Source: Lysobacterales bacterium (GTDB lineage Bacteria > Pseudomonadota > Gammaproteobacteria > Xanthomonadales > SZUA-5). Taken from it: DNA of 64,000 nucleotides. The stretch spans positions 51,125-115,124 of the forward strand of contig JALHMH010000014.1 of assembly GCA_022844165.1 (NCBI GenBank). Direction: 5' to 3'. This document shows positions 21,210 to 30,981 of the stretch, one piece after another (within the stretch, counting starts at the first letter, position 1; every line of letters begins with the position of its first letter). The notes under the pieces were generated by a model. It did no database searches. It had not been told where the DNA came from and saw only the letters and a program-made list of their open reading frames with translations. The position numbers were made by a program, and so were the translations under genes.

Positions 21210-22496
21210 TTACTCCGTGTTGAGCGTTTCGTGGCTGGTGCGCGCATTTTTGCTGTGGATGACGCGGGCCAGTTTGATGAGTTGCATGAAAGTCGCAGTG
21301 TCGACCGTCAATTCGTGTTGCAGCAGGAGCGCGACCTGACTGGATGAGAACCCATACTGGCGAGTCAGAATGCGTGCCTTATCCGCTACGTCGCGAAGCG
21401 CGAAATTCGGGAACTGCCTTTCGACCTGGCGTTGTGCGGCGCGCTGCGCGGCATCGACCAGATCAGAGCGCGCACCACCGTGCCATAACAAGCGTCCCGC
21501 CGCTCGCAAATGGTCCAGCAGTCGTCGCCGAATCGGTTGCGGATCGAGCCGCACCGGGCCGAAACGCGGCGCCATCGCCAGCAACCACAGGACAACCAAA
21601 ACCCAAAGAGCGATGAGCGCGCGCCAGGCGTTGTTGCTTAGCCACAGCAATAGCCCAGGTTCACGTGGCACCAGAAACAGCACTTCATTGGGGGTGCCGG
21701 TGTGATTGACCAGACGCCAAAACACTTCGGCGTTGTCGTTGCGCCCGATGGAAAAGTTGGTGACAAAACTGATGTCGTTGATCGCAGTCACATGGCCATC
21801 ACCAAGGCCGAAGCTGAAGACGCGAACATCGCCTTCGAATCCAAGCCAAAAATCCGCTTCATAAACTTCACTGCCCAAAGACTCACCACCGTGAATCGAA
21901 AATTTGAAGACTTCGGTCTCGCTCCATGTCGCGTCGAGCAGCATTGGCGAAGACAACAGATGGTTGTTCTTACGATCGGTCCAGTCCGAGCCGAACCAGC
22001 CAGCGAAGTCATACGAATCGTCGTCCCAGAAGTTGTTGTCACCGTCTTCGGCTTCGGCGTCTTCTCTGTCTTTGCCTTGTTCTTCATGGTCATGGGCTTC
22101 GTCGACCTCGCGCTCAGCGCGCGTCACGCCCAACGCATCGAGCAGCGGATCTTCGTTGTCCAGCCACTCGGATTCGACGATAACGTGTGCACCAGCCTTG
22201 ATCTCTTCGATGAGCCGCTCGGACGTGCGCGGCGATACTGCACCTCGTAAGGCTGGGATCACGGCAACCATGTCCGGCGCCAATGCTGGCCGCTGCTGCA
22301 AACCTTGCACGGTTTGCGCAGAGACTTGCTGGCTCTTGAGGATGCGTTCGGCAACTTCGAAACGATCGGTGTAAGCGATTGGCAATGGGCGCACCGGCAC
22401 GGTCTCAGTGACCCGTTCATGGGAGTTCAGAAACGCCACCGCACCGACCACGATGACGACTACAAGCGCGACAATGGCCCAAATCGTGCGCCTCAT
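21210..22496 (-). CDS. DUF4350-type membrane protein
   Basis: N-terminal TM, N..IGR.DNA, second TM followed by RFGP...RRRLLDHLRA.GR; position in the MoxR cluster. Confidence 0.75.
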   Translation of the reverse strand: MRRTIWAIVALVVVIVVGAVAFLNSHERVTETVPVRPLPIAYTDRFEVAERILKSQQVSAQTVQGLQQRPALAPDMVAVIPALRGAVSPRTSERLIEEIKAGAHVIVESEWLDNEDPLLDALGVTRAEREVDEAHDHEEQGKDREDAEAEDGDNNFWDDDSYDFAGWFGSDWTDRKNNHLLSSPMLLDATWSETEVFKFSIHGGESLGSEVYEADFWLGFEGDVRVFSFGLGDGHVTAINDISFVTNFSIGRNDNAEVFWRLVNHTGTPNEVLFLVPREPGLLLWLSNNAWRALIALWVLVVLWLLAMAPRFGPVRLDPQPIRRRLLDHLRAAGRLLWHGGARSDLVDAAQRAAQRQVERQFPNFALRDVADKARILTRQYGFSSSQVALLLQHELTVDTATFMQLIKLARVIHSKNARTSHETLNTE

Positions 22497-24052
22497 GCGT
22501 TCGCCTCTGAAGGCATCAGCGATGAATAGCCATCACATAGCTCAACGATGCGCGCCGTGTCCGGCATGCGGGCAGCGTAGGCGATTTGAGTCCAGATCCC
22601 GATCAAGATCGTCAGGTACGACATCGGCGCCTCACCCAGCATGGGTTTGGCCAGACGTAGCACATCGCCTTCGGTGGCGCCTTTGCTGATGCGCATCCTG
22701 CGGGTGTGCACCAGGTTGGAAAGCGCTCCGCGATAGAGCAAAGAAATCGCCTCGCGATGTTGCCCAGTCGCCAGCATTGCGCGAGCCGCGGCAGGCACAT
22801 CCTCAGGCAAGCTTTGAGGATCGATTGCCAGCCCAAACAACATCGCAGGAGGCGGTTTTGTAACGATCGTTGGTGCTACGCCGAGCCAATAGCGCAACAA
22901 CGCATAGAGCAGCGCCACGACGATAGCAGCGATGGCCAGATACGCGATGACCCGGAATAACTCGGCTACCGCATCAATGAAGGCCGAGGTCTGAAGGTCA
23001 TTGTCATTGGTTTCTTCGGCGTCGCTTTCGATGCGCTTCCAGCGGGTGACTTCGCGCTCGCTGCCGAAGTCCGGTTCGGACAAGATCCTGTGCGCTTCAC
23101 GACGGATCGGCGTGTCGACCGCTTCATAAGGCGCATCGGCACATTCATCGTCCGCAGCGCAGGGAGGTTTGTCTCGATCGCTTTCGCTGGCATCGAGCCG
23201 CATTGATCCGGCGCTTTCAGTCTCCGGCATCGCTTCGGCGTCTTGCGCCAACGCCGGCGCGACATGCCACGTCAGCGAAAACGCTACAAGCATCGCCAAA
23301 GTCGGCGCATAGCGTGCGGCAAGACGCTTTAGTGCAAGTTCGATGTCCCAGGCCTCGAGCATCACACGACGATTCAGGTAAAGCGCAAATCCGCCCGCCA
23401 CATAAAACGGCTCAATCAAGCTAATGGCGACGAAGTAAAAGAGCGTGTCGATCAGCCCCCACCGCTCGAACGTATCCCACCAGGGCCGCGTGTCGTCCGC
23501 CACGGTCGCACCCCACTGAACGTCGGTTTCGAAGAGCATCGCTAAACCGTGCAAACCGTACATCACCACCCACTCGAAGTGGATACAGACGATCGTCAAG
23601 CCGATTGCAAACCCTCCGGCGCGCAGGCCCAACAACTTGCGCCGCGCTCGGGCGGGTGGGCCGCGCTGTCCCTCAAGGGCCACGACAGGCAAATTAAACG
23701 AACGCGAAAAATCGATGAAACGTGTCAGCAGAGACCAAATCAGTCCACTGGCCAGGATTTGCCTGGATGCTCCCAGAGTGTCGCGCAATGTGGGCGTTGC
23801 GCCGAATACGGCGCGCGACAGAACAAACAGCAGGTATCGATCGTAGAGCGGTTTAAGCCACCATACGAGCACAGCGGCAATGATCGGTTGTTCGTAAAAG
23901 GCGAGTGTGAGTGCGCCAGCGACAGGCAAAAACACAGCGAACCACGCCGACCAGAGCGGCCGTGCCCAGCGCATGGCCATACGAAAACCCAGATCGACGG
24001 CTTCCCAGCCCTGCCGTGAGCGCAAAACCAGCGCGATCTTCTCAAGCTCCAC
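22493..24052 (-). CDS. Membrane protein with C-terminal DUF4129
   Basis: R..WEAVDLG N-terminus, LYLNRR..LEAWDIEL, REA.SLLYRGAL, ATEG. Confidence 0.75.
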   Translation of the reverse strand: MELEKIALVLRSRQGWEAVDLGFRMAMRWARPLWSAWFAVFLPVAGALTLAFYEQPIIAAVLVWWLKPLYDRYLLFVLSRAVFGATPTLRDTLGASRQILASGLIWSLLTRFIDFSRSFNLPVVALEGQRGPPARARRKLLGLRAGGFAIGLTIVCIHFEWVVMYGLHGLAMLFETDVQWGATVADDTRPWWDTFERWGLIDTLFYFVAISLIEPFYVAGGFALYLNRRVMLEAWDIELALKRLAARYAPTLAMLVAFSLTWHVAPALAQDAEAMPETESAGSMRLDASESDRDKPPCAADDECADAPYEAVDTPIRREAHRILSEPDFGSEREVTRWKRIESDAEETNDNDLQTSAFIDAVAELFRVIAYLAIAAIVVALLYALLRYWLGVAPTIVTKPPPAMLFGLAIDPQSLPEDVPAAARAMLATGQHREAISLLYRGALSNLVHTRRMRISKGATEGDVLRLAKPMLGEAPMSYLTILIGIWTQIAYAARMPDTARIVELCDGYSSLMPSEANA

Positions 24053-25013
24053 GCGTGCGCCCCGCGAAGCAGAAGTACCCCAGCAGCACTAACCACATAC
24101 CGATACCGACGCCGTACTTGATCTCGCGCGGATCAATGATCAGCGGCGAGAAGAATCCTTCGATCACAGCGGCAGCGAAAAACATCAGAGCTGCGCCGCC
24201 GATCAACCGAAATGCGATGCGGCCTTCCTCCACCAGTGCCAGCTTGCGCGACCGCAGGCCCGGCGCGATTAGCGCAGTGGCCAGCTTGAAGCCTGCCGCC
24301 CCCGAAATGGCGATGGCGAGCAGCTCGAGCGCACTGTGAGCAGCTACGAACGACCATATTTGCGGACCTAAGCCCACCTGGTGAAGATGACCCAGGATCG
24401 CGCCGATATAGACCCCATTGAACAACAGAAAAAACAAGGTGCCGATGCCATAGAGAATTCCACCTGCGAAGGTCTGGAATCCGATCCGGGTATTGTTCCA
24501 TACGTAGTACGCGAACATCTCGGTGTTGGTCGACGCCGGACGTTGGCCCAGACGTTCGTTCTCCGGGTCATACATCGTCTGCATTTGCGCCAGGTCTTGC
24601 GGGGCGATCACGACACTGGCAAAGTCTGGCCAGATCTGGATCGCCATCAGCAGCGCGAGCAATGGGCCAAAAAACAACAGGCTCGCCAGCCACACCACTC
24701 GCCACTCGGCCCGCACTTCGCGGGCAAAACCACTCAGAAGGAACGCCAAAAAACCTTCACGATTCGGCGCTGGCGCCGCGTAAAGAACGTGGTGTCCGGC
24801 CAGAACCAGCTGATGCAGGCGTTCGGTCAGCTGCGGGCTGTAGCGACGTTCGCGTGCCAGTGCTAACTGGTGACAAACGTTGCGATACAGCCAAGGCACA
24901 GCCGAAACCGGCGGACGATCTTTGATGGTCTTGTTGCCATTGTGCACCGCGATCCATTGATCCAGCGCTGCCCACTGTTCGCCGAAGCGGCGTTCAAATT
25001 CAATCTGCCGCAT
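24042..25013 (-). CDS. Stage II sporulation protein M (SpoIIM/DUF95) family membrane protein
   Basis: YR..CHQLALAR.R.YS, YVWNN.RIGF.TFAGG, HSALEL.AI. Confidence 0.88.
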   Translation of the reverse strand: MRQIEFERRFGEQWAALDQWIAVHNGNKTIKDRPPVSAVPWLYRNVCHQLALARERRYSPQLTERLHQLVLAGHHVLYAAPAPNREGFLAFLLSGFAREVRAEWRVVWLASLLFFGPLLALLMAIQIWPDFASVVIAPQDLAQMQTMYDPENERLGQRPASTNTEMFAYYVWNNTRIGFQTFAGGILYGIGTLFFLLFNGVYIGAILGHLHQVGLGPQIWSFVAAHSALELLAIAISGAAGFKLATALIAPGLRSRKLALVEEGRIAFRLIGGAALMFFAAAVIEGFFSPLIIDPREIKYGVGIGMWLVLLGYFCFAGRTRGA

Positions 25014-25734
25014 GGCCCACCAGGTAATTCGCGTATTGCGTCAATTGCTGCACCGGCGGCGTATTGTCGCGAAGTAGCGGCGTCACAAGCGATGCCAGTT
25101 CTTCAGCGCGAGCTGGACCCAGCGCCGCCGCGCGCTCGGCAAAGTCGAGCACCGTTCGCGCTTCTTCGGGCTTCAATGCGATCGGCGGGCGTAAAGGTTC
25201 CATGGTTGGTATCTGACGGGCTACCGTTGCCGGATCGGCATAGACGACCAAAGTCCCTGCAACGAAGTCGCCGAGCCGTTTAAATTGACGGTTGCACAAC
25301 ATCGCGGTCAAACCGCCAAAGTAAAAGAGCGGCAGGAAATCTGCGAATCGGAGCAAATTCCGGGTCAGCGCGGGACCCAAGGTGCAAGGCGCGCCATCGT
25401 CGCGCACGACCATCAGCCCCATTGCGCGTTTGCCCGGCGTGGCGCCACGGGAGCGCGATTCGAAGTACGCCGGCACCAACCATTCGAGCGCGAACCAGGA
25501 CAGCAAAAACACGGCGGTACCAACCTCACCCAAAACCGAAGCGACGAAGGCCAGTACCAACAATGCAGCCAATCGCCAAGCCAGGTCGATGAGCCACGCC
25601 AATGCCCGCGGCACAGGGCCGGCTACCCGGAGATTGAGTTCGACACCTTCCGGCGTAGCAACGTGGTGTGAGGTGTCAAGAGGGGCGGAGAGTGAACGCA
25701 CTTGGGAGTTGAAGGTTGGAGCCAAAGGGGTCAA
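25000..25734 (-). CDS. RDD family protein
   Basis: TPEGV.L.L..AG...RALAWLID, TPGKRAMG, RNLLRFAD, RLGDFVAGT.VV. Confidence 0.9.
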   Translation of the reverse strand: MTPLAPTFNSQVRSLSAPLDTSHHVATPEGVELNLRVAGPVPRALAWLIDLAWRLAALLVLAFVASVLGEVGTAVFLLSWFALEWLVPAYFESRSRGATPGKRAMGLMVVRDDGAPCTLGPALTRNLLRFADFLPLFYFGGLTAMLCNRQFKRLGDFVAGTLVVYADPATVARQIPTMEPLRPPIALKPEEARTVLDFAERAAALGPARAEELASLVTPLLRDNTPPVQQLTQYANYLVGHAAD

Positions 25735-25798
25735 AGGGCGACGCGGTTCGGAGCGTTGTCATAGCGCGACGTCCGATTTTTGGTCACAAACGCTCACA

Positions 25799-26263
25799 TC
25801 AATTGAGGGTCACTTTGGTCGGCGATTCCATTTGTACCGGCTGGGGAGGTAGGTCCAGGGGGATGCGTATATTGGCCAAGCCGAGCATATCGAGCAGGCT
25901 TTGGGCACGAGAGGCAAGGGTCGGGAACAACTGACGCGCGAACACTGTGTGATTGGCCGTGAACTCATCGAGCGGTATTTGGCCAAGCACGACTTGACGA
26001 TAGAACGCGTAGGCCTTCAGCTCGATCTCAAACAGTCTGGCAGGTGATTTGGTTTTTGCTGCCGTGCCGGTGCACAACAATCGGACACGAAGGGCAAATT
26101 GGTATTGAGGATTACCCTCAACTCCGCTGGGCGTCAGTTGTAGTTCCACGTGGGCATGGCTTTCGAGTTCGCGCAGGCGTAGATCATCCGGCACCTCGGC
26201 TCGTACACCGAGCATCAGAAGCGATTCGAGTTGTAACGAGTGATAAAGATCTAAAGGGGTCAT
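25799..26263 (-). CDS. Hypothetical protein, probable SecB-like fold
   Basis: 154 aa; beta-strand pattern then LFEIELKAYAFY and ARQLFPTLASRAQSLLDMLGLANIRIP, resembling the SecB C-terminal half; ATG overlaps the upstream stop. Confidence 0.55.
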   Translation of the reverse strand: MTPLDLYHSLQLESLLMLGVRAEVPDDLRLRELESHAHVELQLTPSGVEGNPQYQFALRVRLLCTGTAAKTKSPARLFEIELKAYAFYRQVVLGQIPLDEFTANHTVFARQLFPTLASRAQSLLDMLGLANIRIPLDLPPQPVQMESPTKVTLN

Positions 26264-26883
26264 TCTTTGGCGCGCACCACATCGACGATACGCCAAAGAT
26301 ACAGACTTGCGAGCGTTCGAAACGGCGCCCAGCGTTCGCCGTAGTCGGCCAGGTAGCGGGCGTTCGGCAACTCAGGAGAGCCAAACAGGTACTGAGCGCC
26401 CGCGCGAATCCCAAAATCGGTCACCGGTAAAATGTCCGGCCGAGCGAGGCGAAACATCAAGATCATCTGCACGGTCCAGGGCCCTATGCCACGCACGGCG
26501 CAAATCGCTTCGATCGCTGCTTCGTTGTCGAGTTGCTGCAAGCTCGCCAATGAAGGCAACGCACGCGACTTGGCGGCGAGATCTTTCAGCGCTCGACTTT
26601 TCGCGCCGGAAACCCCGCACGCGCGCAATCTCGCCTCATCGACTGCCTTTAAGCGACCTGCACTGATGCGTTTGGATCCCAGCGCGGCCTCGACGCGCTC
26701 GACAATGATGGCAGCCGCCTTGCCACTTAGCTGTTGGTGCAGTATCGAGCGTGCCAGCGCGTCGACGAGGCCAAAAGGCTTGAGTTGCGGCAGATCAAGA
26801 TCGCCGACCCGGTCCATCCAGCGAGCAAGATTCAGGTCGGCGGCCCGCAGGTGTTGTCGGGCCGCCTCCGACTCTGAACTCAC
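26260..26883 (-). CDS. DNA-3-methyladenine glycosylase II (AlkA/Mag HhH-GPD family)
   Basis: LARSILHQQLSGKAA, HhH VRGIGPWT, DILPVTD, WAPFRTLASLYLW; GTG start overlaps the pilU stop. Confidence 0.88.
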   Translation of the reverse strand: MSSESEAARQHLRAADLNLARWMDRVGDLDLPQLKPFGLVDALARSILHQQLSGKAAAIIVERVEAALGSKRISAGRLKAVDEARLRACGVSGAKSRALKDLAAKSRALPSLASLQQLDNEAAIEAICAVRGIGPWTVQMILMFRLARPDILPVTDFGIRAGAQYLFGSPELPNARYLADYGERWAPFRTLASLYLWRIVDVVRAKE

Positions 26884-28004
26884 CGTTCGATCAGTTCCAC
26901 GCCCTCCATGCCGGCACTCAGCGTGTGTGCATCGCCGCCCTGGGCCAGTTTGATACGCAAGCGAACTTCGTTCGACGAGTCGGCATGGCGCAGTGCATCC
27001 TCGTAGGAAATTTCGCCGGCCTGATACAGTTCGAACAAAGATTGATCGAAAGTGCGCATGCCAAGATTCGTGGATTCCTTCATCACGTCCTTGATCTTGT
27101 GCACTTCGCCCTGGCGGATGTAGTCCTGTACCAACGGCGTGCCGAGCAGAACTTCCATGGCCACCCGCCGACCTTTGCCATCGGGTGTTGGGATTAATTG
27201 CTGCGCAACGATGCCCTTCAGGTTCAGCGACAGGTCCATCAGGAGCTGGGGCCGACGGTCTTCTGGGAAGAAGTGCAGGATGCGATCGATGGCCTGGTTG
27301 GCGTTGTTCGCATGCAAGGTGCACAAGCACAAATGGCCGGTTTCCGCGAACGTAATTGCGTGCTCCATGGTCTCACGCACACGAACTTCGCCGATCAGAA
27401 TGACATCGGGTGCCTGGCGCAATGTGTTCTTCAGTGCAATTTCGAACGCGTCGGTATCGATGCCGACCTCGCGCTGGGTGATGATGCAGCCTTCGTGCTT
27501 GTGCACGAATTCGATCGGATCTTCGATGGTGATGATGTGACCGGTCGAATTTTGATTGCGATACCCAAGCATCGCTGCCAAAGATGTCGATTTTCCTGTA
27601 CCGGTTGCGCCGACGAAGATGATCAGCCCACGTTTGGTCATCGCCAGCGTTTTCAGAATCGGCGGCAGGTTCAGCTCATCGATTGTGGGAATCTTCGTCT
27701 CAATGCGGCGCAACACCATGCCAACCTGGTTGCGCTGATAAAAACAGCTGACGCGAAATCGCCCCACGCCTTGCAGGCTGATGGCAAACTGACATTCGTG
27801 CGTCTTTTCGAATTCCTCGCGCTGCGAGGGCGTCATGACGCTCAAGACCAAATCGCGGCTTTGTTGTGGCGTCAGCGTGTTTTGGGTAATCGGCGCAATG
27901 CGACCATGAACCTTCATGGACGGCGGTACGCCGGCGGTGATAAACAAGTCAGATGCTTTGCGGTGCACCATCAGCTTCAAGAATGAATTGAAGTCGATGC
28001 TCAT
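26880..28004 (-). CDS. pilU: Type IV pilus retraction ATPase PilU
   Basis: ASDLFITAG.PPSMK, GATGTGKSTS, TIEDPIE, LRQAPDVILIGE, TLHANNANQA, ADS.NEVRLRIKL. Confidence 0.93.
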   Translation of the reverse strand: MSIDFNSFLKLMVHRKASDLFITAGVPPSMKVHGRIAPITQNTLTPQQSRDLVLSVMTPSQREEFEKTHECQFAISLQGVGRFRVSCFYQRNQVGMVLRRIETKIPTIDELNLPPILKTLAMTKRGLIIFVGATGTGKSTSLAAMLGYRNQNSTGHIITIEDPIEFVHKHEGCIITQREVGIDTDAFEIALKNTLRQAPDVILIGEVRVRETMEHAITFAETGHLCLCTLHANNANQAIDRILHFFPEDRRPQLLMDLSLNLKGIVAQQLIPTPDGKGRRVAMEVLLGTPLVQDYIRQGEVHKIKDVMKESTNLGMRTFDQSLFELYQAGEISYEDALRHADSSNEVRLRIKLAQGGDAHTLSAGMEGVELIER

Positions 28005-28094
28005 GCTGCGCTCCTGTTGGCTTGCTGGTCTTTGCGGCAATGCTACTCCGCGCTTAGCCGGATGTGTGCAGTGAAATTGCGACCCAGGCTACGG

Positions 28095-28778
28095 TCAGGT
28101 CGATTGCCCCGCATCGAAGCGATAGCCCAAACCACGCACCGTACTGATCAGCGACGGACCGTCGACATCGATCTTTGATCGTAGTCGGCGAATGTAGACG
28201 TCAACGACATTGGTGAGCGGATCTTCGTCTACGCCCCAGACGTTGGCCAAAATTCGCTCGCGACTGAAGAGGCGGCCGGGGGCACTCATCAACAATTCCA
28301 GCAGCGCCAGTTCGCGTGCGGTCAGTGCGATCGCTTCGCCCGCGCGCGTGACTTCCATTCGCTGCCGGTCGAAGCGGATCGCGCCGACGCTCAATACCGA
28401 GCTGCGTTCGACCAGCGCAGGCGGTCGACGCAGGAGTGCTTCGATCCGGGCGAGCAGCTCCTCAAAGGCAAAAGGTTTGGTCAAATAATCGTCTGCGCCG
28501 CAGCGCAGCCCGGCAACGCGATCCTGCACAGTCCCCATGGCGGTCAACATCAACACAGGCGTTGCGATTCGACTCGCGCGCAGCTGTTGGCAAACTTCCA
28601 TGCCGCCGATGCCGGGCAACATCACATCGAGCAGGATGAGCGACGGCGGTTCCTGGCGAGCCAGCGCAAGCGCCTCTTCGCCGGTCCTGAGCGCCACAAT
28701 GCGGTAGCCCTCAGCGCGCAGGCCTCGCGTGAGAAAATCAGCCACACGGGCATCGTCTTCGACCACCCAGAGGTTCAT
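28095..28778 (-). CDS. OmpR/PhoB-family response regulator
   Basis: VVEDD, LLDVMLP, GADDYLTKPF, NVVDVYIRRLRSKI, TVRGLGY. Confidence 0.93.
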   Translation of the reverse strand: MNLWVVEDDARVADFLTRGLRAEGYRIVALRTGEEALALARQEPPSLILLDVMLPGIGGMEVCQQLRASRIATPVLMLTAMGTVQDRVAGLRCGADDYLTKPFAFEELLARIEALLRRPPALVERSSVLSVGAIRFDRQRMEVTRAGEAIALTARELALLELLMSAPGRLFSRERILANVWGVDEDPLTNVVDVYIRRLRSKIDVDGPSLISTVRGLGYRFDAGQST

Positions 28779-30337
28779 TCGACGTCCGTTTCTAAAGGGA
28801 GATGCAACTGTACGCGAAGCCCCTTGGGTGCGCGTGGTGTCAGTTCGATCGAACCGCCATGAGCTTGCAAAATCCTGTCGGCGATCGATAAACCCAGGCC
28901 CGAGCCGCTCGGATGCCTGCCGGAGGCGCTGCCACGAAACTGCGGTACGAAAGCACTCGCAAGATCGCCCTGGCTCATGCCGGGTCCATTGTCTTCGACG
29001 CAAATCGAGGCGGTTTCGGGCCCGAGGCGCAGCCCAACGTCGACCTTGCCGCCCTCGTCTGTGTAGCGCAGCGCATTGTCGATCACCGTGGTTAGCGCCT
29101 GTTGCAGGCGCTCGCCATCTGCCATCACCGTGCAGGGAGCCAGGTCCGCGCTCTGGCGCAATTCGATGCCGCGATAACGCGCGACGGCCTGCATTTGCTC
29201 GACTACTGCGCCGATCATCGCAGGCAAGAGCTGCGGTGCGAGCACGAAGGAATAGTCGTGCGAACCGCTGCGCGCTGCATCGAGCAGATCTTGCACCCGC
29301 GCGGACAGGTCTTTCGCCGCATCGTTGATGCGCCGCAAACTGGATTTGAGTTCGACTGGATCGTCGCCGGCACGTAGCGCGATATCGGCCTCCCCGCGGA
29401 TCACCGTCACTGGAGTTCGCAGCTCATGGCTGACTTCTGCAAAAAATTGTCGCCGCTGCCCTTCAACTCGCAACATGGCCTCATGTGCGTTCATCACCGA
29501 ACGCGTGCGCGCTGCGACAAGCTCGTCGAGCGAGCGCTGGACTTCGATATCTCGCGCCTGCGCCAGTTGCAATCGCGCAGCCATCGAGTCAAGAAGCGCG
29601 CCCAGCTGGCCAAACTCGTTGCGCCCGCTCAAGCCACTGCGGGCCTCAAGATCGCCGCGGGCGAAGCGCGAGGCAAGTTCCGATAAGCGTGCGAACGGTT
29701 GCTGTAGATGCGTGACGAAATACCACACGGCAAAGGCACCGAAGAACACCGCCAGAGCGGCCATCGAGATGTTGGCGACACGAGAGTGCGCCAACGCATC
29801 GGCCAGTTGCCGGGATTCGGACTTTGCGCGCTGGCTTTGGCGCTCGATCGCCTCGCGAATGACTTCGCGCATATCCTGCCCGGCCAGGCGGTCGAAAGCA
29901 TCCAGAACATCGCGCCAACGGACCGCCGGGTTACCGCTTTGAATCAGCGGAATCGCCTCGCGCACGGCATTGGCCATGGTGTCGATGTTGCGTTCCAATG
30001 TGGCGATCGTTGGCAGCTCCGGCGACGGCCTGCCATGTACAAGAGAATCGCGATTCGCCAGTGCTCCGAGTTCACGCAGACTCTCTTCCATGCGACTCAC
30101 CAGCGTCATGCGCGTTTGTGCTGGTGCGTTTCCGGTCAGCATGGCTTCGGCGAACCACACCTTCAATCGCTGCTTGTTACCACCCAGAGATTCGTACTCA
30201 GCTTCCATGCCTGAAGCGATAGCCTTGCGTTCGGCGAGCTGCGCTGCGGTCGAGGATGCCCACCAGGCGAACAAGCCCTGGCTCAGTGCCAGGGCACTGA
30301 GCAAAGTAAACGCAATCGACAATCTGGTGCGAATCAT
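28775..30337 (-). CDS. Sensor histidine kinase (2 TM, helical periplasmic domain, HAMP, HisKA, HATPase)
   Basis: SHELRTP, DNALRYT, DNGPG, GSGLGLSI; stop overlaps the response-regulator start. Confidence 0.92.
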   Translation of the reverse strand: MIRTRLSIAFTLLSALALSQGLFAWWASSTAAQLAERKAIASGMEAEYESLGGNKQRLKVWFAEAMLTGNAPAQTRMTLVSRMEESLRELGALANRDSLVHGRPSPELPTIATLERNIDTMANAVREAIPLIQSGNPAVRWRDVLDAFDRLAGQDMREVIREAIERQSQRAKSESRQLADALAHSRVANISMAALAVFFGAFAVWYFVTHLQQPFARLSELASRFARGDLEARSGLSGRNEFGQLGALLDSMAARLQLAQARDIEVQRSLDELVAARTRSVMNAHEAMLRVEGQRRQFFAEVSHELRTPVTVIRGEADIALRAGDDPVELKSSLRRINDAAKDLSARVQDLLDAARSGSHDYSFVLAPQLLPAMIGAVVEQMQAVARYRGIELRQSADLAPCTVMADGERLQQALTTVIDNALRYTDEGGKVDVGLRLGPETASICVEDNGPGMSQGDLASAFVPQFRGSASGRHPSGSGLGLSIADRILQAHGGSIELTPRAPKGLRVQLHLPLETDVE

Positions 30338-30379
30338 GCGGCCATGATGCCAAATGGCACCCGGGACGATCTGGAACAA

Positions 30380-30928
30380 TCAATCGGAGAATGGCAAGGA
30401 GCTGTGATGGACCACAATTCGCAGCTTACCATCATCGGTTTTCTTGAATTTCCAGGTTTTATCGACGGTGGTCACCGAACCGTCTTTGTTCGTGATGATG
30501 ACGTTGCCCATGGTGGAAGCAACGTCGCCATTGATGTGAATGCCGGCATTGACGATCTCGACTTTCGTCCAGCCCTTCAGAGCGAAACCCGCATCGTTCG
30601 GGAAGTCGCTGTCGCCGCCGACGAAATACGCGAGTGCGCCGGCTTTGGTAGTGCGGAACGTCTGCGGTGCCTCAGTCAGCGTCGGCTTGAACAGCACAGG
30701 CCCCAGGTTGTATCCATAGGCTTCATCCAGGACCTTGCTGGCCAGAGTTGCTGCAGCTTTCTGGCCGTCGGACGCATAAGTGTTGCTGATAGCGACGAGC
30801 GCATCGCCCCATGCCTTTTGCGCCGCAATGACCTCGGTTTCCGTAATGTTTGCGGAGTAAATGGGAGCGTCCTTGGCCACGGCTGGTGCCGTGACAAGTA
30901 GTGCGATGGCGATGTACTTTGAATTCAT
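30380..30928 (-). CDS. Secreted iota-class (COG4337-type) carbonic anhydrase-like protein
   Basis: Signal peptide; AQKAWGDA, VLFKPTL, ALAYFVGG, D.GFAL, MGN, terminal LRIVVHHSSLPF. Confidence 0.75.
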   Translation of the reverse strand: MNSKYIAIALLVTAPAVAKDAPIYSANITETEVIAAQKAWGDALVAISNTYASDGQKAAATLASKVLDEAYGYNLGPVLFKPTLTEAPQTFRTTKAGALAYFVGGDSDFPNDAGFALKGWTKVEIVNAGIHINGDVASTMGNVIITNKDGSVTTVDKTWKFKKTDDGKLRIVVHHSSLPFSD

Positions 30929-30981
30929 GAACTTTCTCCTGATGGCGAATGACCTCAGGGGCAGAGTCTGGAGAGCAGACG

